Shown: positions 1 to 11,460 of the stretch, one piece after another | How the letters are laid out: the number at the start of each line of letters is the position of its first letter | How positions within the stretch are numbered: position 1 is the stretch's first letter | NCBI RefSeq assembly: GCF_058153355.1 | Contig: NZ_CM177019.1 | Direction: 5' to 3' (one strand) | DNA: 64,000 nucleotides | Notes under the pieces: model-generated | What the model saw: the letters and a program-made list of their open reading frames with translations, nothing else | What the model was told of the DNA's origin: nothing | The model's database searches: none | Translations under genes and position numbers: made by a program

Positions 1-1301
1 GCTGTGGGGTATTTCCAGGGCCTCTCCTTTACCACTCTCGGGAAGGCCCTTTCCCTTCTTGTCGGTAATTTCACAAGTTGTCCCATACTTGCAAGATCGC
101 GCATCAGCTCCGGTATACGTCCCGGTGAAGCGCCCTGCAATGTCATCAGCATTCTCATCACCATTCCGCATGATTCTGAGAAACTCAGTTGATTCGGCCA
201 GTAACCTTTCAGATGTTCCGCCATTTTAATCATCTGATATCTCACCAGATTATAAGCCAGTAAGACACCCCACAGCTCTTGCTCCACAAGCTCCGGCTTT
301 TTACTTCTCAGCGTCAGCCTGCTCAGTTGCATCGTCTGTTTTATCTCCCTGTATCCCAGTTCGATTTCCCAGCGATGACTGTACAGATCCGCCATTTCTC
401 CTCCGGGGAAGCGCATGGCGTCCGTCATCGACGTCAGCAGATGGCAGACTTTTCCTTTGCGCGTCACGGTCAGCAGGCGGGCTGTCACTTCATTTCCCAG
501 TCCCGGCCACTTTTTTCGTGCCTGCGGGCTGGTTTTCAGCTTCACCAGATGATCGCCTTTACCCAGTTTTCTGATCTCTTCATATTGCGCTCCCTTTCTG
601 AGAGGTATCATCCAGTGGCGGTGTTCTCCCGCCAGGCTCCAGGCATTTAACAGTCCCAGTGAGTAATAACCTTTATCCATTAACGTCAGAGTGTTATCGC
701 CGGTTTGTTCTATAAGTTGCTCAGCAAGCTCATTTTCGCTGTTCTTCATCGTGCCGAAGGCTGCAGCCGTCAGCAGATGGCTGGTCAGTTCCATCTGGCA
801 GACCATTTTGACCTGCGGGTAGAGCGCCGGGTTCCCGGCATGTGTCTGGCGGGGGAAGGCTGCATCGTTCTCTGGTGTATCCGGTGTGCGCCAGAACACA
901 CCATCGATGGCCAGCAGGGTCAGGCCGCACCAGTGCGGATGCGGCGTGGCGTTATGCCAGAGCTGCGCTGTTTTCGTGAACACGCGGCGGACAGCCTCAC
1001 TTCCCAGGCGCTGGCGGGCCTGAATAACGGCACTGGGGGCAACGAAGGGGCGATTGCCCGGCAGCATGATGTCCAGGCGATTCACAATCTGGTGAAGAGG
1101 TTCTTTACGCTCAAGCGCCATGCCAACAATACACCAGACCATCATTTCGAGGGGAAGACGGCGCTTGCGTAGCGTTACAGTACCTGATTCGGCAAGGCAA
1201 CGAGAGATGAGTTCGGGGTCGAGGTAATCCCCCAGAGAAGTCAGTGGGTTACGCAGAGAATCGTAACGGGATACCAGATCAAGAGCCTGTCCAATGTGCA
1301 T
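1..1301 (-). CDS. IS4 transposase, last ~9 codons off the window edge
   Basis: Reverse-strand translation from ATG (complement of 1299-1301) gives [57 protein letters not shown]; frame stays open to position 1. Absent from the ORF track because it runs off the edge. Confidence 0.85.
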   Translation of the reverse strand, partial: MHIGQALDLVSRYDSLRNPLTSLGDYLDPELISRCLAESGTVTLRKRRLPLEMMVWCIVGMALERKEPLHQIVNRLDIMLPGNRPFVAPSAVIQARQRLGSEAVRRVFTKTAQLWHNATPHPHWCGLTLLAIDGVFWRTPDTPENDAAFPRQTHAGNPALYPQVKMVCQMELTSHLLTAAAFGTMKNSENELAEQLIEQTGDNTLTLMDKGYYSLGLLNAWSLAGEHRHWMIPLRKGAQYEEIRKLGKGDHLVKLKTSPQARKKWPGLGNEVTARLLTVTRKGKVCHLLTSMTDAMRFPGGEMADLYSHRWEIELGYREIKQTMQLSRLTLRSKKPELVEQELWGVLLAYNLVRYQMIKMAEHLKGYWPNQLSFSESCGMVMRMLMTLQGASPGRIPELMRDLASMGQLVKLPTRRERAFPRVVKERPWKYPT

Positions 1302-1385
1302 AAAAAAATCCGGAAACAAGTGAGCGTTTCCGGATTCTTACACAGCCACTGGATCGGTCAACTGATCCTTAACTGATCGGCATTA
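1..1385 (-). mobile_element. IS4 insertion sequence, partial (remainder lies before window start)
   Basis: Minus-strand terminus at 1341-1385 reads gtaatgccgatcagttaaggatcagttgacc, matching the IS4 end as recalled; interior is filled by the IS4 transposase reading frame. Confidence 0.8.
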
Positions 1386-2570
1386 CTTCGCCTGTTGCGC
1401 ATTGACCCGAAAAAACTGGCGGCGGATATGCAGAAAGACGCCCGTGGGGCCATGCTGCACGTACTGGATTCTCTGGCGAAAGTGCCGAAAGAAAAACAGG
1501 CTGCTGTGCTGAAAGCGCTGTTCGGGAAGGAATCCCTGGGGGCCATTGCGCCGCTGCTCACGAATCTGGATTTGTTGCGAACCAACTTTAATCGTGTGGC
1601 GGATGCGCAGCAGTATGGCGGCTCAATGCAGAAAGAATATGCCGCCCGTGCCGCGACGACAGAAAATCAGTTGTTGCTGCTGCAGAACCAGATCAATGCG
1701 ATTTCTTCCACGCTGGGGGAAACCTTCCTGCCTTCAATCAATGAAGGCATAAAAGAGATGAAGCCTTTTCTGGAAGAAGTGCGCACGTTTGTCAGAGAAA
1801 ATCCTGAGGTCGTAAAAACCATCGCGAAAACTGGTGCGGCATTACTGACGATGGGCGTGGCGATTGGCACATTGACACGCATAACAAAAATCATGGGTAG
1901 CGTGATGAATATGACGCCGGCAAAGGGATTAATAGCGCTTCTCGTCGGTGGTGCATATCTCATAATTGATAACTGGGAAACCGTTGGACCGGTTATTAAA
2001 AATGTCTGGGAAGTCATTGATGGCACCGCCCGGGCTATGGGGGGATGGGAAACGATCCTTAAAGCTATCGCCATTTTTATGGCGACAAAGTGGGTCACCG
2101 ATGTCACTAAATCAATCAGCATTGTGACGAAGGATATGCGCACACTCGGCAAGGTCACTGCCGCTACCGGATTGTTTGGTAAAGGCGGGGGCGTTATCGG
2201 AAAAGCCGGTGTATATGGGATGCTGGCTTCTATGATGTGGGAGCCCGTCGAAAATGCACTTGAATCAATTCTGCCTGAGGGCGATGTTAACTGGGCCAGG
2301 GATCATGGCATATATCTGGCCTCTGACTGGACCCCGTTTTTTAATCGAAAAAATTATGAGGAATACCAGGCATCCCTTAATCAGCCGCGTCAGTACAAAC
2401 CGAATGTTCCTTTGCTTAATCCGGCGATATCGTCTGTGGCAGCACGTGGTGAAATCAAAGTCACGTTTGACAATGCGCCACAGGGAATGCGCGTTATCGA
2501 TTTGCCGAAAACAGGCGATCCCTTTATGAAAATCACCCATGACGTTGGGTATTCACCTTTCAGGCGTTAA
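1386..2570 (+). pseudogene. Phage tail tape measure protein, C-terminal fragment; 5' end cut by IS4
   Basis: Frame is open from the IS4 boundary (the track ORF at 1395 starts on TTG); Gly/Ala-rich hydrophobic C-terminal region; sits directly upstream of a Mu gp43-like gene. Confidence 0.55.
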
Positions 2571-2585
2571 TAATGAGGTATCAGA

Positions 2586-3977
2586 ATGGATTTTCCTTCC
2601 TTACCTTCTTTGCCCTCTTTGTTTTCTTCATCTTCCGGAACGACCTGGCGCGATAATCTTTACGACGCTTCATTTCGTGGCGTTCCGTTTTCGGTGGAGA
2701 GCGACGAGGGTTCGTTCGGACGCCGCGTTCAGGTCCATGAATACCCAAACCGTGATAAACCGTACACGGAAGATCTCGGGCGTGCCACGCGACGGCTGAC
2801 GATTAATGCGTATCTCGTTGGTGATGATTACGCAGAGCAGCGCGACAGGCTGATTACCGCGATTGAAACCGCCGGGCCGGGGACACTGATCCATCCGCAG
2901 TTCGGTGAAATGCAGGGCTGTATTGACGGACAGGTGACCGTTTCTCACTCCGGCACTGAAGGCCGTATGTGCCGGGTTTCATTTCAGTTTGTTGAGAGCG
3001 GGGAACTGTCATTTCCGGTCGCCGGAGCCGCAACTGCCAGAAAACTGGAGGCGTCGTCCGGATTCCTGGATGAGCTGATTGAAGACATGTCCGGTGATTT
3101 TGAGCTCGCGGGAATACCGGACTTTATTCAGAACGATGTTATTGCCCGGGCAACCGATATGCTGGGAACCGTTCAGACAGCTTTCAAAATGGTTAATTCT
3201 GCGGTTTGTGCCGGAATGAGACTGATGCAGGGTGATTTATCTGTCATTCTGATGCCGCCGTCGGTTGCCAGTGATTTTGTGCATACGTTGCAGGATACCT
3301 GGCGGGCCGGAACCCGGCTGGTGGATAACACACAGGATCTGGTGCAGTCCATAACGACAATGTCCGGCATTACGCTGGATCCAGGACTGGCACCGCGTGC
3401 GGTGTGGCCCACAGATTCCGCATCGGTTATCAGGCAAAAACAGCAGACAAACCTTGTGGCTGCTGTCATCCGGACGACGGCAATCAGCGAAGCCACAAGG
3501 GCGGTCACTTCACTGCCACAACCCGGAAGCCTGGTGAAAAATCAGCAGGCGGTTGTGGCTGTTGGTGGTTCCACTGAACGTCAGTCCGATATTATTCACG
3601 TTTCTCATCCGGCACTTGACAGCGTGGCAGCCAGCACAGGACAGGATGAGAGAGCGCAACCACCCACGCGGGAAAATCTCACCATCATACGCGAATCGCT
3701 GAACGCGGCGATTGAACAGGAGCTCAGGCGTACGGCGGATGACAGGCTGTTTTTTCAGCTGACGTCATTACGTACAGAACTGAACCGGGATATTCAGGCG
3801 CGTCTGGTTCAGACGGAGGAAACCGCAGAGCGAACGCCAGCGGAAGTTCTGCCTGCGCTTGTTCTGGCTGCGTCATGGTACGACGATGCGTCCCGTGAAA
3901 CTGATATCCTGGATCGAAATGCCATCTCTCATCCGGGCTTTGTTCCGGTCAGGGCATTAAGGGTACCCGTCAGATGA
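2586..3977 (+). CDS. Phage DNA circulation protein (Mu gp43/N-like)
   Basis: 463 aa; N-terminal region TWRDNLYDASFRGVPFSVES...VQVHEYPNRDKPYTEDLGRATRRL resembles the DNA circularisation family; position after tape measure. Confidence 0.65.
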   Translation: MDFPSLPSLPSLFSSSSGTTWRDNLYDASFRGVPFSVESDEGSFGRRVQVHEYPNRDKPYTEDLGRATRRLTINAYLVGDDYAEQRDRLITAIETAGPGTLIHPQFGEMQGCIDGQVTVSHSGTEGRMCRVSFQFVESGELSFPVAGAATARKLEASSGFLDELIEDMSGDFELAGIPDFIQNDVIARATDMLGTVQTAFKMVNSAVCAGMRLMQGDLSVILMPPSVASDFVHTLQDTWRAGTRLVDNTQDLVQSITTMSGITLDPGLAPRAVWPTDSASVIRQKQQTNLVAAVIRTTAISEATRAVTSLPQPGSLVKNQQAVVAVGGSTERQSDIIHVSHPALDSVAASTGQDERAQPPTRENLTIIRESLNAAIEQELRRTADDRLFFQLTSLRTELNRDIQARLVQTEETAERTPAEVLPALVLAASWYDDASRETDILDRNAISHPGFVPVRALRVPVR

Positions 3978-5029
3978 ATAATACCGTTTTACTTCGGGTT
4001 TCCGGTCGCGAATGGGGCGGCTGGACATCCGTCCGTATCAGTGCGGGCATTAACCGTATTGCCCGGGATTTTAATGTTGCCATTACCACCCGCTGGCCCG
4101 GAAGCCGGGATTATCAACCCCGGATAAAAAATGGTGAGCTGGTTGAAGTGCTTATCGGGGATGAGCCTGTGCTCACCGGATATGTGGAGGCACTACCGCT
4201 TCGTTATGACGCCAGCAGCGTCAGCATGGGAATTGTCGGGCGAAGCAAAACAGCCGATCTGGTTGACTGCTCTGCTTTGCCACTCCAGCAGAGCGGAAAA
4301 AACCTGCTCAGAATAGTCAGTGAACTGGCTGCGCCATTTGGCATCACCGTTGTTGATGCTGGCGTGCCGCAGACAGCGGTGATTGATGCCCAGCCGGAAC
4401 ACGGCGAAACCGTTGCCGATTGTCTTAACCGGTTACTGGGGCAGGTTCAGACGCTGGCTTATGACGATGAATGCGGGCGACTGGTTCTGGGAAAACCCGG
4501 AACAGGTAAAGCGGCGACGGCGCTGGTGCTGGGAGAGAATATTCTTTCCTGTGACACGGAAAGAAGCATCAGAGAGCGGTTTTCTGAATATCAGGTCAGT
4601 GGGCAGCGCCCGGGCAACGACGATGATTTTGGTGAGGCCACCATTGCCGCAATACGTCAGACCATTCAGGACAGTGGCGTGACCCGTTATCGCCCTTTGT
4701 TGATTCAGCAGTCAGGCACAGCAACGACAGCAACCTGTAAGGCCCGTTGTGAATTTGAAGCGCGCCAACGGGCTGCGCTTACCCGTGAGACAACATATAC
4801 GGTTCAGGGCTGGCGGCAGGGCAGTGGCGCGTTATGGCGTCCGGGGTTATCTGTCATCGTTTTCGACCCGCTGAATAATTTTGATCATGATGAACTGGTG
4901 ATCGCAGAAGTTACCTATAACCATGATGACCGGGGCACGACGACTGAATTACGGGTTGGCCCGGCAGATGCTTATCTCCCCGAGCCTGTTACCGCCAGGA
5001 AGAAAAAAAATGTTGAGGAGGATTTCTGA
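3974..5029 (+). CDS. Baseplate hub protein (Mu gp44/P-like)
   Basis: 351 aa; start overlaps the upstream stop; position in a Mu-like tail module. Confidence 0.6.
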   Translation: MNNTVLLRVSGREWGGWTSVRISAGINRIARDFNVAITTRWPGSRDYQPRIKNGELVEVLIGDEPVLTGYVEALPLRYDASSVSMGIVGRSKTADLVDCSALPLQQSGKNLLRIVSELAAPFGITVVDAGVPQTAVIDAQPEHGETVADCLNRLLGQVQTLAYDDECGRLVLGKPGTGKAATALVLGENILSCDTERSIRERFSEYQVSGQRPGNDDDFGEATIAAIRQTIQDSGVTRYRPLLIQQSGTATTATCKARCEFEARQRAALTRETTYTVQGWRQGSGALWRPGLSVIVFDPLNNFDHDELVIAEVTYNHDDRGTTTELRVGPADAYLPEPVTARKKKNVEEDF

Positions 5030-5562
5030 TGAACGGGTTTTCTCTTCGCAATCTGATTTCCCGGGCTGTCATCACGGCGGTGGATTCCGCCAGAAAGTGT
5101 CAGTCTGTGGGGTTGAAAATGATAGCCGGAGATCAGAAACAACACGTTGAGCACCTTGAGCCTTATGGTTTTACATCTGCCGCACAGAACGGTGCTGAGG
5201 GCGTTGCTTTATTCCCGGCGGGTGATCGTTCTCATGGCGTGGTTGTGGTCGTGGCTGACAGGCGTTACCGGTTGAAAGGACTGAAACGTGGGGAAGTGGC
5301 GCTTTATGACGATCAGGGGCAGTCCGTTATCCTGACCCGTTCCGGTATTGTGGTGGACGGGGCCGGGAAGCCCATAATTTTTAAAAACGCGCCTAAAGCG
5401 CGCTTTGAAATGCCAGTCGAATCCACCGCCGATATTACTGACAATTGCGATAGTGGCGGACTCAGCATGCAGCAAATGCGGCAGGCCTACAATGCCCACA
5501 AACATACCGAAAATGGTGATGGTGGCGGGATCACTGACACGCCGGATCAACCGATGGGCTGA
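5029..5562 (+). CDS. Baseplate assembly protein V / spike (Mu gp45-like)
   Basis: 177 aa; translationally coupled; gpV-like size and sequence character. Confidence 0.65.
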   Translation: MNGFSLRNLISRAVITAVDSARKCQSVGLKMIAGDQKQHVEHLEPYGFTSAAQNGAEGVALFPAGDRSHGVVVVVADRRYRLKGLKRGEVALYDDQGQSVILTRSGIVVDGAGKPIIFKNAPKARFEMPVESTADITDNCDSGGLSMQQMRQAYNAHKHTENGDGGGITDTPDQPMG

Positions 5563-5567
5563 AAATC

Positions 5568-5978
5568 ATGATGATTAATGTTAACGGGCGACCCGTGTCG
5601 ACCGGGGCTTCGATCGACCTTCTGACGCGTGCTGTGATTATTTCGCTTTTTACATGGCGGCGTGCCGGGCGTGATGATGCACCGCAGATATTTGGATGGT
5701 GGGGGGATACTTGGCCTGCGGTTCAGAATGATCGCACGGGGTCGCGTCTGTATCTGTTGCGACGCAGCAAGCTGACAAATAAAACCCCGCAGCTTGCCAG
5801 AGATTATGTCCGTGAGGCGCTGGCGTGGATGGTGGAGGATGGTGTTGCTTCCCGTCTTGATATTAACGCTGTCCGGACCGGGACAGACTCGCTGGCACTT
5901 GCCATTACCATTTACCAGCGTGACGGCAATATTCACAACATTATTTTTGATGATATCTGGAGTGAACTGAATGGCTGA
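5568..5978 (+). CDS. Baseplate protein (Mu gp46-like)
   Basis: 136 aa; size and position match gp46/gpW-like. Confidence 0.55.
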   Translation: MMINVNGRPVSTGASIDLLTRAVIISLFTWRRAGRDDAPQIFGWWGDTWPAVQNDRTGSRLYLLRRSKLTNKTPQLARDYVREALAWMVEDGVASRLDINAVRTGTDSLALAITIYQRDGNIHNIIFDDIWSELNG

Positions 5979-7053
5979 TAGTCAGTTTTATCGCCCCGGC
6001 CTCCCGCAACTTATTTCTATGATCCGGAGCGATTTATTAACCCGCTTTGAGCAGGATACGCTGCTTCGTCGTATGGATGCGGAAGTGTATGCCCGTGTAC
6101 AGGCTGCAGCCGTACACACGTTGTACGGGTATATCGATTATCTTGCCAGAAATCTGTTACCGGACGTGTGTGATGAAGACTGGCTGTACCGGCACGCCAG
6201 AATCAAACGCTGCCCGCGAAAAGAAGCGGTGGCAGCCCGGGGATTTGTGCGCTGGGATGGCGTAGAGGGGACGCCGGTATTGCCAGCGGGAACGCAGATC
6301 CAGCGTGATAATCAGGTGACCTTCACCACGACGGCGACGGTGACCGCAGCCGATGGTCTTCTCCGGGTGCCTGTTGTGGCAGACGAACCGGGATCGGCGG
6401 GGAATACGGATGATGGTATTGCCATGCAACTGGGAACACCCGTCAGTGGTCTGCCGTCCACAGGGTACGCTGACACCATTACAGACGGTGAAGATACTGA
6501 AAATCTGGAAATATGGCGTACCCGCGTTATGGAACGTTATTACTACATTCCACAGGGGGGCGCAGACCCTGATTATGTTATCTGGGCGAAAGAAGTTCAG
6601 GGTATTAACCGTGCATGGACTTTCAGACACTGGAAAGGTACTGGAACGGTTGGCGTGATGGTGGCGACAAACGATCCGGAACATCCGGCCCCGGATGAAA
6701 GCGTGATTAACGCAGTCAGGGACCACATCCTTCCTCTGGCACCTGTTGCCGGAAGCGGATTGTATGTATTCGGTGCCACAGAAAAAGTCATCCCGATGAC
6801 GATTGCGTTATCGAAAGACACACCGCAGATCAGGGCGGCAATTAAAGCAGAACTGAATGCGCTGATGTTCCGGGATGGTGTGCCGGAAGGGCGCATGTAT
6901 CTGTCCAGAATCAGCGAGGCTATCAGTTTATCTGCAGGCGAGGTGGCCCATCGACTCATCGACCCTTCATCGGATATTGACCTGGGGGAAACTGAGCTTC
7001 CGGTACTCGGGGAGATCACATGGCAGGCTTATGACCCGGTAAGGAGTAAATAA
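5971..7053 (+). CDS. Baseplate J-like protein (Mu gp47-like)
   Basis: 360 aa; overlapping start; baseplate J family size and order. Confidence 0.7.
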   Translation: MADSQFYRPGLPQLISMIRSDLLTRFEQDTLLRRMDAEVYARVQAAAVHTLYGYIDYLARNLLPDVCDEDWLYRHARIKRCPRKEAVAARGFVRWDGVEGTPVLPAGTQIQRDNQVTFTTTATVTAADGLLRVPVVADEPGSAGNTDDGIAMQLGTPVSGLPSTGYADTITDGEDTENLEIWRTRVMERYYYIPQGGADPDYVIWAKEVQGINRAWTFRHWKGTGTVGVMVATNDPEHPAPDESVINAVRDHILPLAPVAGSGLYVFGATEKVIPMTIALSKDTPQIRAAIKAELNALMFRDGVPEGRMYLSRISEAISLSAGEVAHRLIDPSSDIDLGETELPVLGEITWQAYDPVRSK

Positions 7054-7643
7054 TGGATACGTTACAGGATGATTATACAAAATTGTTGTATGGCCTGATG
7101 CCGCCGGGACCTGCATGGTCAGATACCGACGGTGTACTTGACGGTCTGGCACCATCGCTTGTGCGTGTTCACCAGCGGGCTGATGAACTGGTGATTGAAA
7201 TCGATCCCGGTCAGTCCACAGAGCTGATTGAACGTTATGAAGAATTGTATGGTTTACCTGATTCCTGTTCTCCTGTCGGAACCCAGACATTACGCCAGCG
7301 TCAGCAACGTCTTGAAGCAAAAGCCAATGTGGCTGGTGGCATAAATGAGCAGTTCTTCCTGGATCAGCTTGAGGCGCTGGGATATACCGGCGTGACGATC
7401 GAACAGTTCCAGCACCTGGATGCAAGCCCCGATCCGGAATGGGGGGATCGCTGGCGTTATTTCTGGCGTGTGACGTTGCCGGTGGATGTCGGTGCTCAGT
7501 GGCAGACATGCACGGACGCCTGCAACACACCGATCCGTACGTGGGGCGATACGGTTGCGGAGTGCGTGATTAATAAATTATGTCCGTCACATACCGTTGT
7601 TTTATTTTCCTATCCAGATGAGGATGAAGATGCACAGGATTGA
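7053..7643 (+). CDS. Tail protein (Mu gp48 / P2 gpI-like)
   Basis: 196 aa; ATGA overlap with upstream gene; conserved position. Confidence 0.55.
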   Translation: MDTLQDDYTKLLYGLMPPGPAWSDTDGVLDGLAPSLVRVHQRADELVIEIDPGQSTELIERYEELYGLPDSCSPVGTQTLRQRQQRLEAKANVAGGINEQFFLDQLEALGYTGVTIEQFQHLDASPDPEWGDRWRYFWRVTLPVDVGAQWQTCTDACNTPIRTWGDTVAECVINKLCPSHTVVLFSYPDEDEDAQD

Positions 7644-8838
7644 TACGCTGACTGCGGTAAAAGATAAGTTTGGTCCGGGTAAGAACGGATTTACTGACGG
7701 AAATCTTCGCACAGGACGTCTTGCCACCTGGCTGAACAGTGCCATGTGGGATGCCATTCAGGAGGAAATCTGTGGTGTCATTGAGAAGTCCGGGATAGAA
7801 CTGAATAAAGAAGAACACGACCAGCTATATAAAGCCATATTATTACTGGTGGGCGGTGCAATTAACGAAGAGGCATTGCTGATAAAAAATAATCTTTCGG
7901 ATGTGGAAGACAAGGATGAGGCTGTTGAAAACCTCGGATTAAAACCCACGGTGGACAAGGCAAAAAATGCCGTTCAGCGTGATGGTGATACCATGACCGG
8001 GGAACTGAAAATCCGTGGTGTTAATGCATTGAGGATTTTTAACGAGGCTTTTGGCCTTATTTTTCGTCGTTCTGAAGAGTGCCTGCATCTTATCCCTACC
8101 AGTGAAGGTCAGGGCGAGAATGGAGATATTGGTCCCCTGCGTCCGCTCACCATTAATTTGCGGACAGGAGAGATATCCATGTCGCATAAAGTGTCTGTTG
8201 GTGGCGGTTCTCAGGTGAATGGTGCGCTGGGTATCGGCGTTCAGAACGCGCTGGGGGGGAATTCAATTGTTCTTGGTGATAACGATACCGGGTTTAAACA
8301 AAATGGTGATGGTCTGCTGGATGTTTATGCGAATGGACAGCATGTATTTCGTTTTCAGAATGGCGTGGCTATTGCTTTTAAGAATATTCAGGCCGGAACT
8401 GCCAGAAAATTCACGTTATCCAGCGCCAACAACTCCACGAAAAATGCAGCGTTTTATTTGTGGGGTAATCCATCCAGGCCTGTTGTTGCAGAGCTTGGTG
8501 ATGATTCAGGCTGGCATTTTTTCAGCCAGAGAAACCCGGATAACAGCATAGTGTTCACTGTTAACGGACAGGTAATTCCGTTAAATTACGGAAACTTCGA
8601 TGCCCGCTATAAATATCGAACAGAGGGGGTACAGGATGTACGGTATGGCCATGAAATGTATTACGGCCCCGGCAGTAACACTGTTTCGTGGAGATTTTGC
8701 GCACCTTCGGGACACGGGCTGTCAGGGATATCGATATCGGATACCGGCCGTAACTCAGCGGATAACGTCAACGGTGTGTATTACCGACCGCTGCAAAAAC
8801 TGATTAATGGCACCTGGTATAACGTAGCGAGTATTTAA
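7630..8838 (+). CDS. Tail fibre protein (Mu S-like)
   Basis: ATG at 7630 preceded by gaggatgaag RBS; 402 aa; Gly/Asn-rich C-terminal region; followed by a Mu U-like assembly gene. Confidence 0.55.
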   Translation: MHRIDTLTAVKDKFGPGKNGFTDGNLRTGRLATWLNSAMWDAIQEEICGVIEKSGIELNKEEHDQLYKAILLLVGGAINEEALLIKNNLSDVEDKDEAVENLGLKPTVDKAKNAVQRDGDTMTGELKIRGVNALRIFNEAFGLIFRRSEECLHLIPTSEGQGENGDIGPLRPLTINLRTGEISMSHKVSVGGGSQVNGALGIGVQNALGGNSIVLGDNDTGFKQNGDGLLDVYANGQHVFRFQNGVAIAFKNIQAGTARKFTLSSANNSTKNAAFYLWGNPSRPVVAELGDDSGWHFFSQRNPDNSIVFTVNGQVIPLNYGNFDARYKYRTEGVQDVRYGHEMYYGPGSNTVSWRFCAPSGHGLSGISISDTGRNSADNVNGVYYRPLQKLINGTWYNVASI

Positions 8839-8983
8839 CAATGTTGCATTTAAAAAATATTACTGCGGGTAATCCGAAAACAGCAGAACAATATCAGATG
8901 ACAAAACGATATTCGGTCACCTGGCTTTTTTCAGAAGACGGAAAAAACTGGTATGAAGAGCTGAAGAATTTCGCCAGCGACAC

Positions 8984-8991
8984 AATTAAAA
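8984..8991. repeat. Target-site duplication AATTAAAA, left copy
   Basis: 8-bp direct repeat immediately flanking the IS66-family element. Confidence 0.8.
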
Positions 8992-9021
8992 GTAAGCGGC
9001 TCGCCAGAACCGTATTGATAT

Positions 9022-10593
9022 TTACTGAGAGCTCAGATCAACTTTCCAGGGCAACAGATCGCGTACCCGGTTTGCCGGCCAGTCCTGGATATGTTCAATG
9101 ACGTAACGCAGCCACTTTTCTGGCTCCACATTGTTCAGACGGCATGTGCCGATCAGCGAGTACAACACCGCAGCATGTTCACCACCGCTGTCAGAACCCG
9201 CGAAGAGCCAGTTTTTCCGGCCTACGGCCACTCCCCGTAAGGCGTTCTCTGCGATGTTGTTGTCGATTTCCACCCAGCCATTACTGCAGTACACGTTCAG
9301 TGCATCCCACTGTTTCAGCAGGTATGCGAACGCTTTTGCCGTGTCCGAGTGACGCGACAGTGTTTTCATCTGTTGCTGTATCCAGTCATACAGTGACTGC
9401 ATCAGTGGCGCGGCTCTGGCTTTTCTTGCCGCCAGACGCTGTTCTGCTGAACAGCCCCGGACCTCTGCCTCGATGGCATACAGTTCACCGATACGCTGCA
9501 GGGCTTCCGTGGTGATGTCGGTGGGCACTCTTGCATGCACATCGTGGATTTTTCTCCGGGCATGAGCCATACATGCGGCTTCCGTTATTCTGCCGGATTC
9601 GTACAACGCCCGGTAACCACCGTAAGCATCGGCCTGAAGCACTCCGCTGTAACCGGCCAGATGATTCTGTGGATGGATACCTTTCCGGTCCGGGCTGTAC
9701 GCGAACCAGACCGCCGGAGGCATTTCCGAACCGGCGTTACGGTCATCACGAACGTAGACCCACAGCCGGGCAGTCCTTGTTTTACCGCTGCCCGGCTCCT
9801 GGACCGGAACGGGGATATCATCGGCATGGACTTTACCGGGCATCAGCACATACTGGCGCAGGATGTCATACAGCGGTTCCAGCAGTTCAGCAACAGCACC
9901 TGTCCAGCGCCCCAGTGTGGCACGGCTCAGCTCCACGCCCTGACGACGGTATATTTCTGACTGGCGGTATAACGGCAGATGGTCTGCATATTTTCCAGCG
10001 ACAACATGGGCCAGAAGCCCCGCTCCGGCATAACTGCGTGCAATGGGTTTTGAAGGCACCGGAGCCTGCACGATATGGTCGCACCGGCAACAGGCCAGTT
10101 TCGGACGTTGTGTTTCGATAACCTTAAAGGCGCTGCTGATAAGCTCCAGTTGCTCTGACACATCACATCCCAGAGAACTGAGTTCGCCACCACAGGCCGG
10201 GCAGCATTCCTCTTCCGGACGGATGACCCGGGTTTCACGGGGAAGTGAGGCAGGTAACGGTTTACGGGCTGAAGACTGGCGCAGGGGAGATGGCAGTACC
10301 GGGTCATATTGCTCACCCAGCGTTTCCGCCATTTCTTCCTGAAGAGCGCTGATTCGCTCCTGTGCTTCCTGTATCTGCCGTTCGGTTTTTGCACGAAGTT
10401 TTTCTGAGCTTTTACCGAACTGCATGCGCTGCAGTTTTGCAACCAGCGCCTTCAGCCGGTTGATTTCGGAAGCATAAGCCGCCACCCGCTGTGAGAGCAG
10501 GCGGTTGTATTTCGCCATCTGGCGGATGGTGTCCTGTTGCGTCTGCAACAGTGCCCGCAGGCGGGCATTCTCATGAGCAAGTGAGGTGTCCAT
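9022..10593 (-). CDS. IS66-family transposase TnpC
   Basis: 523 aa; coiled-coil N-terminus, Cys-rich zinc-finger motif CPACGG...CCRCDH, DDE-type core. Confidence 0.85.
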   Translation of the reverse strand: MDTSLAHENARLRALLQTQQDTIRQMAKYNRLLSQRVAAYASEINRLKALVAKLQRMQFGKSSEKLRAKTERQIQEAQERISALQEEMAETLGEQYDPVLPSPLRQSSARKPLPASLPRETRVIRPEEECCPACGGELSSLGCDVSEQLELISSAFKVIETQRPKLACCRCDHIVQAPVPSKPIARSYAGAGLLAHVVAGKYADHLPLYRQSEIYRRQGVELSRATLGRWTGAVAELLEPLYDILRQYVLMPGKVHADDIPVPVQEPGSGKTRTARLWVYVRDDRNAGSEMPPAVWFAYSPDRKGIHPQNHLAGYSGVLQADAYGGYRALYESGRITEAACMAHARRKIHDVHARVPTDITTEALQRIGELYAIEAEVRGCSAEQRLAARKARAAPLMQSLYDWIQQQMKTLSRHSDTAKAFAYLLKQWDALNVYCSNGWVEIDNNIAENALRGVAVGRKNWLFAGSDSGGEHAAVLYSLIGTCRLNNVEPEKWLRYVIEHIQDWPANRVRDLLPWKVDLSSQ

Positions 10594-10612
10594 ATCCTCA
10601 CTTTACAACGGG

Positions 10613-10960
10613 TTATATGCGGATGCCAGCGCGTTCCGTTCGTTTCGGGTGTTTCCAGTCGATGCCCTCAAGAAGCATGGATAACTGGGCCGGAGTAAGG
10701 TGCACCTTGCCGTCACGGGTGACCGGCCAGACGAAGCGGCCCCGCTCCAGGCGTCTGGTGAAGAGGCACAGTCCGTCACTGTCAGCCCACAACACTTTTA
10801 TCTGGTCACCCCGGCGTCCGCGGAAGATGAACAGATGCCCGGAGAACGGGTCATCCTTCAGGACGTTCTGAACTTTTGAGGCCAGGCCGTTAAAGCCATT
10901 TCGCATATCGGTGATACCTGCAACCAGCCAGATACGCGAACCTGCAGGGAGAGATATCAC
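10613..10960 (-). CDS. IS66-family accessory protein TnpB (Orf2)
   Basis: 115 aa; typical size and position; ATGA overlap with upstream orfA. Confidence 0.8.
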   Translation of the reverse strand: MISLPAGSRIWLVAGITDMRNGFNGLASKVQNVLKDDPFSGHLFIFRGRRGDQIKVLWADSDGLCLFTRRLERGRFVWPVTRDGKVHLTPAQLSMLLEGIDWKHPKRTERAGIRI

Positions 10961-11385
10961 CGTCTCAGCTCCTGTATAAGCAAGGACAGCAGATTTTCAT
11001 TCACTGCCCCGTTCAACCGAAGGGTGCCGTTTCTGAACGTAATCTCACAGGAGATGCTGTGTATTTCCGGTGTTACTGACGGTCTTGCGGTCAGTGGCTC
11101 ATTAGCCGGAGCAGTTGGGAGTTGGGCATCAATAGTGACAGGAATTAACTGAGATTCTCTGCCTGATTCTGATGATGGCAATTTTATCTTCCCCTGCCGC
11201 CATTTCTGACGCCATTTGAACAACAGATTGGCATTAATACCATTGTCCAGGGCCAGTCTGGAAATTGAAACACCTGGCTGGAATGATGCTTCTATGAGTC
11301 GTTGTTTGAATTCAGGAGGATAATTCAGGCACCCTTTAGGCCTTCCCGGAGAGGCATTTTTTTGTATATCTGACATTTTTATCAC
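10957..11385 (-). CDS. IS66-family accessory protein TnpA (Orf1)
   Basis: 142 aa; first gene of the IS66 operon. Confidence 0.75.
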   Translation of the reverse strand: MIKMSDIQKNASPGRPKGCLNYPPEFKQRLIEASFQPGVSISRLALDNGINANLLFKWRQKWRQGKIKLPSSESGRESQLIPVTIDAQLPTAPANEPLTARPSVTPEIHSISCEITFRNGTLRLNGAVNENLLSLLIQELRR

Positions 11386-11460
11386 CCACTATTAATTTAG
11401 TGGTGGATACTTTGTCCAAAGCATCGGGAATTTGCCAGACGGTCCTGATAAGACGCTTAC

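Larger units (their letters stand above)
8992..11460 (-). mobile_element. IS66-family insertion sequence, 2469 bp
   Basis: Ends gtaagcggctcgccagaaccgt and acggtcctgataagacgcttac form imperfect terminal inverted repeats starting GTAAGCG; three-gene tnpA-tnpB-tnpC layout; 8-bp TSD typical of IS66. Confidence 0.85.

Noticed and set aside
279-1172. Plus-strand ORFs 279-650 and 705-1172 (and 4-192)
   Set aside because: They lie antisense to the IS4 transposase reading frame, which translates cleanly on the minus strand; their translations are low-complexity and match no family.
1667-2158. 163-aa minus-strand ORF inside the tape-measure fragment
   Set aside because: Antisense to a better-supported coding frame; hydrophobic translation typical of an antisense artefact.
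6157-7530. Minus-strand ORFs 6157-6726, 6597-7019 and 6967-7530
   Set aside because: Fully embedded antisense to the baseplate J-like and I-like genes, which show translational coupling and conserved module order.
9131-10342. Several plus-strand ORFs inside the IS66-family element
   Set aside because: Antisense to tnpC; Arg/Pro/Cys-rich translations with no domain features.
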